NCBI GenBank assembly: GCA_943350445.1
Contig: CALRAE010000001.1
Coordinates: 29,561-93,560, forward strand
Source: Candidatus Nomurabacteria bacterium
Lineage (GTDB): Bacteria; Patescibacteriota; Minisyncoccia; Phycocordibacterales; UBA9973
Direction: 5' to 3'
Length of the DNA stretch: 64,000 bases
The notes beneath the pieces are model-generated. The model saw only the letters and a list, made by a program, of their open reading frames with translations. It made no database searches and was not told the origin of the DNA. This document shows, one piece after another, positions 28,133-36,955 of the stretch (position 1 is the first letter of the stretch; each line of letters opens with the position of its first letter). A program made the position numbers and the translations under genes.

Positions 28133-30898
28133 ATGCAAGGATCCTTTTTTAAGGAGATGCCAAAGTTTAAGACTCCAGAAGAGGAGCTTGGTTATTTGCG
28201 TGCTCATGTCGCTAAACGCGAACAAGAATTAATCCAAATAGGTCATTTTGAAAATGCGAAAGAAAATGCAGTCCATGATGTTGTGGGAGCTTATAAAGAA
28301 ATTCCATCTGAACAAGTGGTGCATGATAGCCACATCATAAATCAAAAAGAAGCACAGGGGATAGTGTTGGCTCTAAAGCCGGAATCTCATGATAATGTGA
28401 TGGAAGAGCTTCTCGGTATTGTCATTACCAAAGGCATCAAGAATGCACTTAGAGTGGTAGAAGTCATGGGTAATCCCCACATCGATGATGATTTTCATAG
28501 ACTTTTAATTCAATATTTAAAAAATGGACAAATAATAACAGATCTAAAAGAGGGCACACCCTTACACAAATCACTCAATATGACGCTTTTTGAAATAACT
28601 CTTCCGCCACCCACAGAGCAAGCTGATAAGTCAAAAGGTTTTAAGGAATTCATTGGCGCGATGGAACAGTTTTATGCCGGCATGCAGTCTATATCTGTAG
28701 ACAAAAGAAATGAAAAAGAGATTTATTTTACCCTAGAAGTTGCTCTTTCAAATGAGAGTGATGCAGTAGTTGTCTATGCTGGAATTCCAAATAAATATAT
28801 CTCACTTTTTGAAAAACAAATTCTAGCTTTCTATCACGATGCAAAAGTTCATGAGATTACTGATGATTATAATATTTTTAATGACAATGGCGCATCTGTT
28901 GGGGCCTATGCGCATCTTGCAGAGCGTGGTGTGATGCCCATCAAGACTTATGACAATATAGAGCATGATCCAATGAATACTATACTAAATGTTTTTTCTC
29001 AACTAAAGACCAAGGGTGAGGGTGCAGCGATTCAGCTCATAGTGGCACCTGCTGGTGATAAATTTATAAATGAATTTCATTTAATATTAGACGATGTAAA
29101 AGATGGAATGTCTGTTAAACATTCAGCAGACAACTTCTATAAATTTAATAGTGCATTTCTCAAAGCTGGCAAAGAACTTCTCTTTGGTATAAGAAAAACG
29201 CCAGAAGAAAAGAAAGAAAAAAATATGAAAGGTAGACGTGCGGTAGACGAGGGTGCGGCCGAAAAAATAGGAAATAAAATAAAAAGCACTATTATGAAGG
29301 CGAATATTCGTGTTATCGCCTCTGGTGGGACAAAAGAACGCGCAGAAGCTATACTACAAGAAATAAAATCTTCTTTTAATCAATTTACTGAAGCAGCGAG
29401 TAATTCATTTATTTTTGAAGAAGCTCGCGGAAGTGATTTAAAAAAGCTTTTCCATGATTTTTCCTATCGTGCTTTTTCGGGGGATAAAGTTATGCCACTT
29501 AACTTAAAAGAGCTTGCATCTGTATTTCATTTCCCAGTTGGTATAGGTAGTCAGCCACAATTAAAAGAGGCAAAAGCTGGCATCGCGCCAGCGCCAATGG
29601 AGATGGGTCAGCAAGGAATAGTTCTGGGTATAAACAGCTATCGAGGTAAAGACACTGAGATTCATCTTGCACGTGAAGACAGGCTGAGGCATTGCTATGT
29701 TATCGGTCAGACGGGTACAGGTAAGACAAATATAATGCTGAACATGATAACTCAAGATATCAAAAATGGTGATGGGTGTTGTTATGTTGATCCACACGGT
29801 ACAGATATTCAGACTATCCTTTCTCGTATTCCAAAGGAACGCATCGATGATGTTATCTATTTTGACCCTGCTTATACGGCCCGACCGATGGGTCTCAACA
29901 TGTTGGAATTTGATCCAAAATATCCTGAACAAAAAACTTTCGTAGTAAACGAAATGATGGGAATTTTCAATAAACTTTTTGATATGAAAGTGGGTGGCGG
30001 AGCAATGTTTGAACAATATTTTAGAAATAGCGCGTTCTTGGTGATGGAAGATCCAGAATCTGGTTCTACTTTACTTGAAATCACGCGAGTGCTCGGGGAT
30101 AAAACGTTTCGTGATATGAAGCTTGCTAAATGCAAGAACCCAATCATTAAACAATTCTGGGTTTCGGCTGAGCAGACGACGGGGGATCAATCTCTCGCGA
30201 ACTTCGTGCCTTACATTTCTTCTAAATTTGACAATTTTATCAGCAACGATATCATGCGTCCGGTTGTGCTCCAGCAAAATTCTGTCTTCAATTTTCGTAA
30301 GATTATGGATGAGAAGAAAATATTACTAGTCAATCTTTCTAAGGGAAGACTTGGTGATATAAATGCGAATCTTATCGGTCTGGTGCTTGTCGGTAAAATC
30401 CAAATGGCAGCACTTTCTCGAGTTGATATGTTCGGTAAGCCGATGAATGATTTTTATCTATATATAGATGAGTTCCAAAATGTAACTACCGACTCAATAG
30501 CTTCTATATTGTCGGAAGCGAGAAAATATAGACTCTCGCTGAACATTGCCCATCAATACATCAGCCAGCTCGAAGAAAAGATAAAAAATGCAGTTTTCGG
30601 TAACGTCGGCTCAATGGCTGTTTTCCGTGTCGGCACAGAAGACGCGACTTTCTTAGAGGCAAAATTTAAACCCCAATTTACTGCCCAAGATATCACCAAG
30701 CTTGATAATTACAATGCTTATATGAGCATGCTGGTAAATGGTCAGCCGACCAAGCCTTTTAACTTAAAAACCCTTGCGCCAGAGAAGGGCAACATGGACA
30801 TCGTCGACAGCCTAAAAGAGCTTTCATATATAAAGTACGGCAGAGAAAGGGAAGAAGTAGAAGCTGAAATTATGGCGAGGTATAAGTCGATGGAGTAG
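28133..30898 (+). CDS. VirB4/TraG/HerA-like conjugation-type ATPase
   Basis: RHCYVIGQTGTGKT, DPHG, YIDEFQN, SEARKY. Confidence 0.88.
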   Translation: MQGSFFKEMPKFKTPEEELGYLRAHVAKREQELIQIGHFENAKENAVHDVVGAYKEIPSEQVVHDSHIINQKEAQGIVLALKPESHDNVMEELLGIVITKGIKNALRVVEVMGNPHIDDDFHRLLIQYLKNGQIITDLKEGTPLHKSLNMTLFEITLPPPTEQADKSKGFKEFIGAMEQFYAGMQSISVDKRNEKEIYFTLEVALSNESDAVVVYAGIPNKYISLFEKQILAFYHDAKVHEITDDYNIFNDNGASVGAYAHLAERGVMPIKTYDNIEHDPMNTILNVFSQLKTKGEGAAIQLIVAPAGDKFINEFHLILDDVKDGMSVKHSADNFYKFNSAFLKAGKELLFGIRKTPEEKKEKNMKGRRAVDEGAAEKIGNKIKSTIMKANIRVIASGGTKERAEAILQEIKSSFNQFTEAASNSFIFEEARGSDLKKLFHDFSYRAFSGDKVMPLNLKELASVFHFPVGIGSQPQLKEAKAGIAPAPMEMGQQGIVLGINSYRGKDTEIHLAREDRLRHCYVIGQTGTGKTNIMLNMITQDIKNGDGCCYVDPHGTDIQTILSRIPKERIDDVIYFDPAYTARPMGLNMLEFDPKYPEQKTFVVNEMMGIFNKLFDMKVGGGAMFEQYFRNSAFLVMEDPESGSTLLEITRVLGDKTFRDMKLAKCKNPIIKQFWVSAEQTTGDQSLANFVPYISSKFDNFISNDIMRPVVLQQNSVFNFRKIMDEKKILLVNLSKGRLGDINANLIGLVLVGKIQMAALSRVDMFGKPMNDFYLYIDEFQNVTTDSIASILSEARKYRLSLNIAHQYISQLEEKIKNAVFGNVGSMAVFRVGTEDATFLEAKFKPQFTAQDITKLDNYNAYMSMLVNGQPTKPFNLKTLAPEKGNMDIVDSLKELSYIKYGREREEVEAEIMARYKSME

Positions 30899-30949
30899 GA
30901 TTTTTATCTTAATTTTGCAAAAATATCTTTATCTGCTAAGATAAGACCT

Positions 30950-31423
30950 ATGAATAAACCAAATCATGAAAAATCTTTAATAATATTAAAGCCAGATGCA
31001 ATACAGAGAAATTTGATAGGAGAGATAGTCGGCCGTTTTGAAAGAAAAGGTCTTAAAATCATTGGTATGAAAATGATGAGTATCGAAACAGTTCTATTGG
31101 AAGAACATTATGCGCACATAAAAGACAAGCCATTTTTCCCAGGAGTTAGGGATTTTATGAAATCTTGTCCTGTTATAGTTATGGCTTTGGAGGGCATTAA
31201 CGCAATATCAGCGATCCGTTTGATAGTTGGTCCTACCAAGGCTTGGGAAGCTACTGCTGGCACTATCCGTGGAGATTTTTCTCTATCTACTCAATCAAAC
31301 ATTGTTCATGCATCAGAATCTGTAGAAGCTGGCGAGTCTGAAGTAAAACGTTTCTTCCAGAAAGACGAAATATTTGAGTATAAGAAAATTGACACTGATT
31401 TTATATACGCAGAGCACAAATAA
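30950..31423 (+). CDS. ndk: Nucleoside diphosphate kinase
   Basis: KPDAIQR, GTIRGDF, NIVHAS. Confidence 0.96.
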   Translation: MNKPNHEKSLIILKPDAIQRNLIGEIVGRFERKGLKIIGMKMMSIETVLLEEHYAHIKDKPFFPGVRDFMKSCPVIVMALEGINAISAIRLIVGPTKAWEATAGTIRGDFSLSTQSNIVHASESVEAGESEVKRFFQKDEIFEYKKIDTDFIYAEHK

Positions 31424-31475
31424 TAATTTTTTCGTTCGAAAATTAATTCAGAAACAAAAGATTCTTTCTGTCTAG

Positions 31476-31503
31476 TTGCATATGTCTCTAGTCTTGCTAT
31501 AAT
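31476..31503 (+). promoter_or_regulatory. Promoter of small RNA
   Basis: TTGCAT-16-TATAAT with extended TG. Confidence 0.65.
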
Positions 31504-31508
31504 TTAAG

Positions 31509-31633
31509 TAGGGTTATTTCCGGTTATTACCTAGACACTAATTTATGGGAGAGTCGATCGTATTAAACCTTGGTTTAATACGTCTCTCACCCACCTAGCT
31601 ATAAGCTATGGTAATACATCTGAAATAGTCCTA
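31509..31633 (+). ncRNA. Candidate 6S RNA (rod with central bubble)
   Basis: Closing stem, central bubble and terminal hairpin; own promoter and terminator; no ORF. Confidence 0.55.
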
Positions 31634-31640
31634 AGAAGTA

Positions 31641-31664
31641 CCCCCGATTTTACGGGGTTTTTTC
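31641..31664 (+). terminator. Intrinsic terminator
   Basis: ccccg-atttta-cgggg followed by T-run. Confidence 0.7.
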
Positions 31665-31700
31665 TTATCAGAAAGTCATTTTGTGTGATAAAATGACATA

Positions 31701-32105
31701 ATGGGCAGACAAAAGCTGATAAAACCACTGATATACCTCATTTCCTTTATTTTTATAACGAATTTCTTAGCTAATAAGTTCTACTGGTATTCAGCTGTAT
31801 CATATTTCGACATGATCATGCATTTTCTGGGCGGATTTTGGGTTGCTCTACTTTGTGTCTATCTTTATCCCTTCAAAGAAAAATCTCCAAATGTAGTTCT
31901 TGAAGTACTTGCTTTTGTCTTACTTGTCGGGGTCGGATGGGAGATCTACGAAATGTTGGTTAATAGCGTTGCGGCCCAAAACCCTTTTGATTATTTAGAT
32001 ACAGGTTCCGATTTGTTTTTTGATTTATTTGGTGGGTCAATGGCCATTTTTTATTTTTATAAAAGAATTATGTTTGCTAAAGAAAATGGGGTACAATTAA
32101 AATAA
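31701..32105 (+). CDS. Membrane protein (VanZ/DUF2238-like)
   Basis: D.IMHF.GG, WE..E, DT..DL..D motifs. Confidence 0.7.
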   Translation: MGRQKLIKPLIYLISFIFITNFLANKFYWYSAVSYFDMIMHFLGGFWVALLCVYLYPFKEKSPNVVLEVLAFVLLVGVGWEIYEMLVNSVAAQNPFDYLDTGSDLFFDLFGGSMAIFYFYKRIMFAKENGVQLK

Positions 32106-33469
32106 TGGAAAAGACTGCAAAAATAACGTTTTGTGGAGGGACTGGTTCTGTAACAGGAGCGAATTTCCTCTTCGAAGTTGATGGTAAGAAAATTTTGGTT
32201 GATTGTGGTCTTACTCAGGGGACGAAAGTGGCGGATGATATAAACTGGGATCCTTTTCCCTATGATTCAGGACAAATAGACACCCTTTTTATCACCCATG
32301 CACATGTGGATCATTTAGGGCGTGTCCCTAAACTTATCAGTGAAGGATTTCGCGGGAAAATTTATTCTACCGAGCCTACACGCGGTCTTGCGGGTCCAAT
32401 GCTCGAAGATACTGCGGGGATATTGTCGAAAAATACGGAACTGCATTTAGATAAAATTTATTCTCCGGAGAACATTAAATTAGCGCTTTCTTTATGGCAA
32501 GGATTTAAATATCACGAAACAATAAAGATAACTCCAAACTTGGAAGTGTCTTTTTGGGATGCTGGGCATATATTGGGTTCAGCCATGGTTTTGTTTAGTT
32601 ATAATAGCAAACGTATTCTTTTTACTGGAGATTTAGGCAATAGTCCTTCGCCGATTCTTCCTGACACCGAAATTGTCCCAAATGTGGATTATTTAATAAT
32701 GGAGTCTGTTTATGGTGATAGAAATCATGAATCACGAGATGATCGTATAAAGTTTTTAGAGGAAACAATTGAAGATAATTATAAAAGGAAGGGGACGCTC
32801 ATTATACCTACTTTTTCCCTTGAACGTTCTCAGGAATTACTTTTCGAACTTAATTCCTTGGTGGAAAATAATAGAATTCCTGTGATGCCTATTTTCCTTG
32901 ATTCCCCACTCGCTATTCGTTTGACGGAAGTTTTTAAGCAATTTAAAAGTTATTTAAATGAAAATGCGCAACATGCAATGAAAAGTGATAAGTACCTTTT
33001 TGATTTTCCAGGCCTTCATAGCACCTTAAAATCAGAAGAATCAAAAATGATAGGTAATGTTACTAATCCAAAGATAGTCATTGCTGGTAGTGGAATGTCG
33101 ACTGGTGGACGTGTGGTGCATCATGAAAGGCATTACTTGCCTGATCCAAACAATACTCTTCTTTTGACAGGGTATCAGGCTGTAGGTAGTCCTGGACGTT
33201 TAATTCAAGAAGGGGTTAAAACAGTGCGTATAACGGGTGAAGATGTGATAGTTCGAGCACATATTGTGACAATTTTTGGGTATTCAGGGCATAAAGATTC
33301 CGATGGCTTAATGGCTTTTGTTGAAAATATGTCGGAAACATTAAAAAAAGTTTTTGTGGTTATGGGTGAACCTAAATCAGCAATGTTTCTAGTGCAGAAA
33401 CTTAGAGATAATTTAGGAATCAACGCATCTGCGCCAGAACAGGGGGATAGTGTAACAATTGTTTGTTAG
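32105..33469 (+). CDS. MBL-fold beta-CASP ribonuclease
   Basis: THAHVDH, AGHILGSA, MESVYG, SGH. Confidence 0.92.
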   Translation: MEKTAKITFCGGTGSVTGANFLFEVDGKKILVDCGLTQGTKVADDINWDPFPYDSGQIDTLFITHAHVDHLGRVPKLISEGFRGKIYSTEPTRGLAGPMLEDTAGILSKNTELHLDKIYSPENIKLALSLWQGFKYHETIKITPNLEVSFWDAGHILGSAMVLFSYNSKRILFTGDLGNSPSPILPDTEIVPNVDYLIMESVYGDRNHESRDDRIKFLEETIEDNYKRKGTLIIPTFSLERSQELLFELNSLVENNRIPVMPIFLDSPLAIRLTEVFKQFKSYLNENAQHAMKSDKYLFDFPGLHSTLKSEESKMIGNVTNPKIVIAGSGMSTGGRVVHHERHYLPDPNNTLLLTGYQAVGSPGRLIQEGVKTVRITGEDVIVRAHIVTIFGYSGHKDSDGLMAFVENMSETLKKVFVVMGEPKSAMFLVQKLRDNLGINASAPEQGDSVTIVC

Positions 33470-33487
33470 ATAATGTATAATGTTATT

Positions 33488-34078
33488 ATGGAACCTTTGT
33501 TAAATACTAAACACGGACATAATCAGATAAAGATTTGCGTTTCTGGCGCTGCTGAGACTGGTCACTGTGGGGTAGATGCTTTAGAAAAAGCAAAAGAACT
33601 CGGACGTGAAATTGCTCGCCAAGGTGCTGTGCTAGTGACTGGAGCGACGAATGGTTTCCCAATGTGGGCTGCAATCGGTGTTAAAGAAGTAGGTGGGATT
33701 TCTATTGGTATATCTCCAGCAGCTTCCGAAAAAGAACATGTTCAAGTTTACAAACTCCCTCTTGATTATATGGATTTGATTATGTATACCGGTTTTGGAT
33801 ATCCTGGAAGGGATTTACTCCTAACTCGTTGCGCTGACGCAGTCATCTGCGGTTGTGGGCGCATTGGCACTATCCACGAGTTTACTATTGCCTTTGAGGA
33901 CAATAAGCCTATCGGTATTTTTGAAGGACCATGGGAAATGGGTGATCAGCTTAAAGAAATTATTGACAAAGGACATCGTCCTAATACTAAAATTATTATA
34001 GGTAATAACCCGAAGAAAATAGTAGAAGATTTAATTGCATTAGTTAAGAAAGATAAAATAGCTGAATACAAAGTATAA
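33488..34078 (+). CDS. LOG/SMF-DprA superfamily Rossmann protein
   Basis: LVTGA..G, GISPA, GRIGTIHE. Confidence 0.8.
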   Translation: MEPLLNTKHGHNQIKICVSGAAETGHCGVDALEKAKELGREIARQGAVLVTGATNGFPMWAAIGVKEVGGISIGISPAASEKEHVQVYKLPLDYMDLIMYTGFGYPGRDLLLTRCADAVICGCGRIGTIHEFTIAFEDNKPIGIFEGPWEMGDQLKEIIDKGHRPNTKIIIGNNPKKIVEDLIALVKKDKIAEYKV

Positions 34079-34105
34079 AAATTTCGTACTATTTTAATTT
34101 CGTTT

Positions 34106-34450
34106 TTATTTTACCGCTTCGAGAACTTTAGCGAAAGTAGTTGGATGATGTTCTGCGAGATCCGCGAGTATTTTACGATCAACCAAAATTTTCTTCTTTG
34201 AGAGTGCTCCCATGAATTGAGAGTAAGACATTCCAAGCTCGCGTGCACCAGCGTTGATCTTGATGTTCCAAAGTTTTCTATTGTGTGACTTCTTGTCTTT
34301 TCGGTGGGCAAAAGCATAGTTGCCAGAGTGCAAAAGAGCATCTTTTGCTTGTCGCTCCTTTGTGCTTCGTCCATGACGAAAACCCTTCGTCTGTTTTAAT
34401 ACGCTTCTTCGTCTCTTTAGTGCATGTACTCCCTTTTTTACTCTTGTCAT
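34106..34450 (-). CDS. rplT: 50S ribosomal protein L20
   Basis: MTRVKKG, LW..INAGAR, DRKILADLA. Confidence 0.97.
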   Translation of the reverse strand: MTRVKKGVHALKRRRSVLKQTKGFRHGRSTKERQAKDALLHSGNYAFAHRKDKKSHNRKLWNIKINAGARELGMSYSQFMGALSKKKILVDRKILADLAEHHPTTFAKVLEAVK

Positions 34451-34477
34451 GTTGTTTAATTAACTATTTATAAATTA

Positions 34478-34666
34478 TTAGATAAAAGGCATCAAGTGGC
34501 TCTTTGCTTTGTTTTTGATAACAAAATTAGCGCTTCTTTTGCCGGCTAATTGTTTGGTGCGTGATTGCTTTGCATTGAAATGGTTAAAACCAGGCTTTCT
34601 AGCTAAAATTTTGCCATTTTTTGTAACTTTTAATCTTTTTGAAAATGATTTATTTGTTTTCATCAT
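34478..34666 (-). CDS. rpmI: 50S ribosomal protein L35
   Basis: KTNKS..KR.KVT..GK; position. Confidence 0.92.
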   Translation of the reverse strand: MMKTNKSFSKRLKVTKNGKILARKPGFNHFNAKQSRTKQLAGKRSANFVIKNKAKSHLMPFI

Positions 34667-34670
34667 AAAA

Positions 34671-35174
34671 TTATTTCTTTTCGATTGTTGTTGTTAAACC
34701 TTTTGGACCCTTTTTATAACTATCGGAAACTTTATATTCTTCGGTGATTAAATGTAAAACTCGATCTAAGCGTTCTCGCAAAAACTTTTCATCCATGTAC
34801 TTTGCGCGTCCAGCGAGGAAGAGTTCCACTTTTACTCGATGTCCTTCCTTGATCCATTTCGAAGCAGTTTTTGCTTTTAGTTCTAGATCGTGATCACCGG
34901 TACCTATCTTTACCTGGATACCTTTCGTCTCTGTTTTATTCGCACCAGCCTTAGCTTTTTTTAATTTCTTATTAGCTTCGTACTGATACTTTCCAAAATC
35001 CATCACTTTTGCGAGTGGGGGATTAGCATTTGGACCTATCTCAATCAAGTCCAAACCTTTACTTTGCGCCAATTCCAAAGCGGCTTTTATGCTCAAAACA
35101 CCGAGATTTTTATTTTCACTGTCTAAAACCCGAAGTTCCGTCGCCCGTATTTGGTTGTTTATTCTTTCACGCAA
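34671..35174 (-). CDS. infC: Translation initiation factor IF-3 (likely non-ATG start)
   Basis: INNQIR, GLDLIEI.P...PP.AKVMDFGKY; in-frame TTG at 35174. Confidence 0.93.
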   Translation of the reverse strand: MRERINNQIRATELRVLDSENKNLGVLSIKAALELAQSKGLDLIEIGPNANPPLAKVMDFGKYQYEANKKLKKAKAGANKTETKGIQVKIGTGDHDLELKAKTASKWIKEGHRVKVELFLAGRAKYMDEKFLRERLDRVLHLITEEYKVSDSYKKGPKGLTTTIEKK

Positions 35175-35311
35175 TTTATGTAAATAAAACCTAGCAAGGT
35201 TTTGACACCTCTGACTCATAAGAATATAGCCTATTACAGGCTTAAAGTCAACAGGTTGTTGTTGTGATACTCCGCATATAAAAAGATGCCTTTTTTATGT
35301 TTATAAATAAA

Positions 35312-35341
35312 ATTCACCCAAAGCCGAAGCTCTGAGTGAAT
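35312..35341 (-). terminator. Terminator of small-ORF transcript
   Basis: attcactcagagc-ttcg-gctttgggtgaat followed by T-run on minus strand. Confidence 0.75.
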
Positions 35342-35416
35342 AAGGGAGTTACTAGTTCCCTTTGATGTGTCCTAATAGGTAGCACTTTCGGCACGTCCTA
35401 ATTTCTGTGGAAGATT

Positions 35417-35593
35417 CTATTTCCTGAGAAAAAAAGGAGGATTTTTTGCCTGCTTACGTTTCTCTTCAGCGTTGAACTCACTGGCGTGAGCGTGTTTGCA
35501 AAAGAATAAACCGTATTCTTTCACTGCTTTGTTGACGGGAATTTTCCGTCTACAAGATTTGAGATGGCATTTAACGATCTTGAATGCACTCAT
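35417..35593 (-). CDS. Small zinc-binding protein (58 aa, C-x4-C...FC-x3-H)
   Basis: MSAFKIVKCHLKSCRRKIPVNKAVKEYGLFFCKHAH...; below ORF-track cutoff. Confidence 0.55.
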   Translation of the reverse strand: MSAFKIVKCHLKSCRRKIPVNKAVKEYGLFFCKHAHASEFNAEEKRKQAKNPPFFLRK

Positions 35594-35624
35594 AGGTTTT
35601 TTCCGTTAAGTTTTTTTGACCTAA

Positions 35625-35786
35625 TCAGTTCAGTTGTATAATTTCCTGTTCTGACTTGAGTTGATTAAAGGTAATTTTCTCAATATTGTTTTCGTTACCT
35701 TCTTCCAATTCTAAGGCAAGTTCGACTCGTAAGTCCCACTTGCCTTTGCGATGCACTGTGACCTCTATTGTGATTACATTTTCCAC
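35625..35786 (-). CDS. Small hypothetical protein (53 aa)
   Basis: GTG start after GAAAGG; VENVITIEVTVHRKGKWDLRVELALELEE... Confidence 0.4.
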   Translation of the reverse strand: MENVITIEVTVHRKGKWDLRVELALELEEGNENNIEKITFNQLKSEQEIIQLN

Positions 35787-35891
35787 AACTAGCCTTTCTC
35801 TTTTGTTTTCGAACAGCCAACACTTGTTATCTATTATATAACTTTAAGGCAAATTGTTAATTTCCCTTGGATTTAATACTCTTATTTTTTG

Positions 35892-36290
35892 TGGAACTGA
35901 CGAGAATTGAACTCGTGTGCAGAAGGCTTTTGCATTGAAGTCTACATATATAGCGCGCTTTTTTGTTTAGATTAAAAAATTCTTAAACGCGCCAAATATT
36001 TTTAAATCGAGTTCCTTTGTTTTGCACTATTGGCGGAACGGTCAATATGCTATCCCGATAATATTATGCCTCTACTGATATATCGGAAGTCTATAAGAGA
36101 GACACGAGCTTACGCTAAAGCGGAAACTCGAGCAAAAGCGAAGTCATTCATACCGAAGTATGGAGAGACAGCCGCTTTTACTTTGGAAGCTAATTTTGCA
36201 ATTAAGCTATTGAACGAAGTTTTACGAGATTACGTCCATTCTCGATATGCATCAAATACATACGGCCTACTGTCTATGCCTAGCAGTCCC
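35892..36290 (-). ncRNA. ssrA: tmRNA
   Basis: GGGACUG/CAGUUCC-A acceptor with G3-U, T-arm, tag ORF ending ALA*, adjacent to smpB. Confidence 0.93.
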
Positions 36291-36298
36291 ATGTTATT

Positions 36299-36413
36299 AG
36301 AAAATACGGAATATAAATTTTTCCGGTACGAATTTTTTGAAGCTTAAAAAATTCTGAAGTTCTCGGCTCGTCAGCCTACGAAACCCCTGCAAAACTTATA
36401 TTCCGCATTTTCT
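36299..36413 (-). repeat. Structured ~115-nt element, copy 2
   Basis: Homologous to 299-417 with compensatory changes. Confidence 0.75.
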
Positions 36414-36427
36414 TATTTTCAAAGTTC

Positions 36428-36877
36428 TTATTCCTTACCTCGCATATCTCGACGAATCTCACGATCCGTCTCGCGCTTCTTTGTAGTCTCACGCTTATCA
36501 AATTTCTTCTTGCCTTTAACTAAAGCAATTTCTACTTTGATTTTTCTACCTTTATTATACACTGAAATTGGCACAATTGTCAAACTCCTGTTTTTGGCGT
36601 TGCCTGCCAGCTCAGCAATTTCCTTTTTAGTTAACAGAAGTCTTCTGTTGCGAAGTGGGTCATAGTCTTTTGGAGTATTTTTGGCTTGATATGGTGGAAT
36701 GTTCGAATTTATTAAGAAAGCTTCACCTCCCCGAACTATTACAAAAGCCCCTTCAAGCGACATTTGTCCTCCTCGTACAGACTTTACCTCCACGCCCAAA
36801 AACTCAATACCTGACTCGTATTTTTCAATGATTTCATAGTCAAACCTCGCTTTTCTGTTTTCAGCGTAATGGGACAT
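36428..36877 (-). CDS. smpB: SsrA-binding protein
   Basis: NRKARFDY, G.EVKSVR, GKKKFDKRE. Confidence 0.97.
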   Translation of the reverse strand: MSHYAENRKARFDYEIIEKYESGIEFLGVEVKSVRGGQMSLEGAFVIVRGGEAFLINSNIPPYQAKNTPKDYDPLRNRRLLLTKKEIAELAGNAKNRSLTIVPISVYNKGRKIKVEIALVKGKKKFDKRETTKKRETDREIRRDMRGKE

Positions 36878-36955
36878 CATTACATGATAACATTTATGTT
36901 AAAATTAAGAATTAAAATATTTCACTTTCTTTCTTTTTTATGTTAATCTGTATCA

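Noticed and set aside
35175-35219. ATG-started N-terminal extension of infC and an L20 leader
   Set aside because: The ATG sits at the predicted transcription start and the extension is not IF3-like; leader structure is not clear enough to call
36030-36347. 105-aa plus-strand ORF
   Set aside because: Antisense shadow of tmRNA
36299-36413. Hammerhead ribozyme reading (CUGAAG...GAAAC on plus strand)
   Set aside because: Core A9 missing, stem I register off, copy 1 has CAAA instead of GAAA, and G-U pairs favour the minus strand
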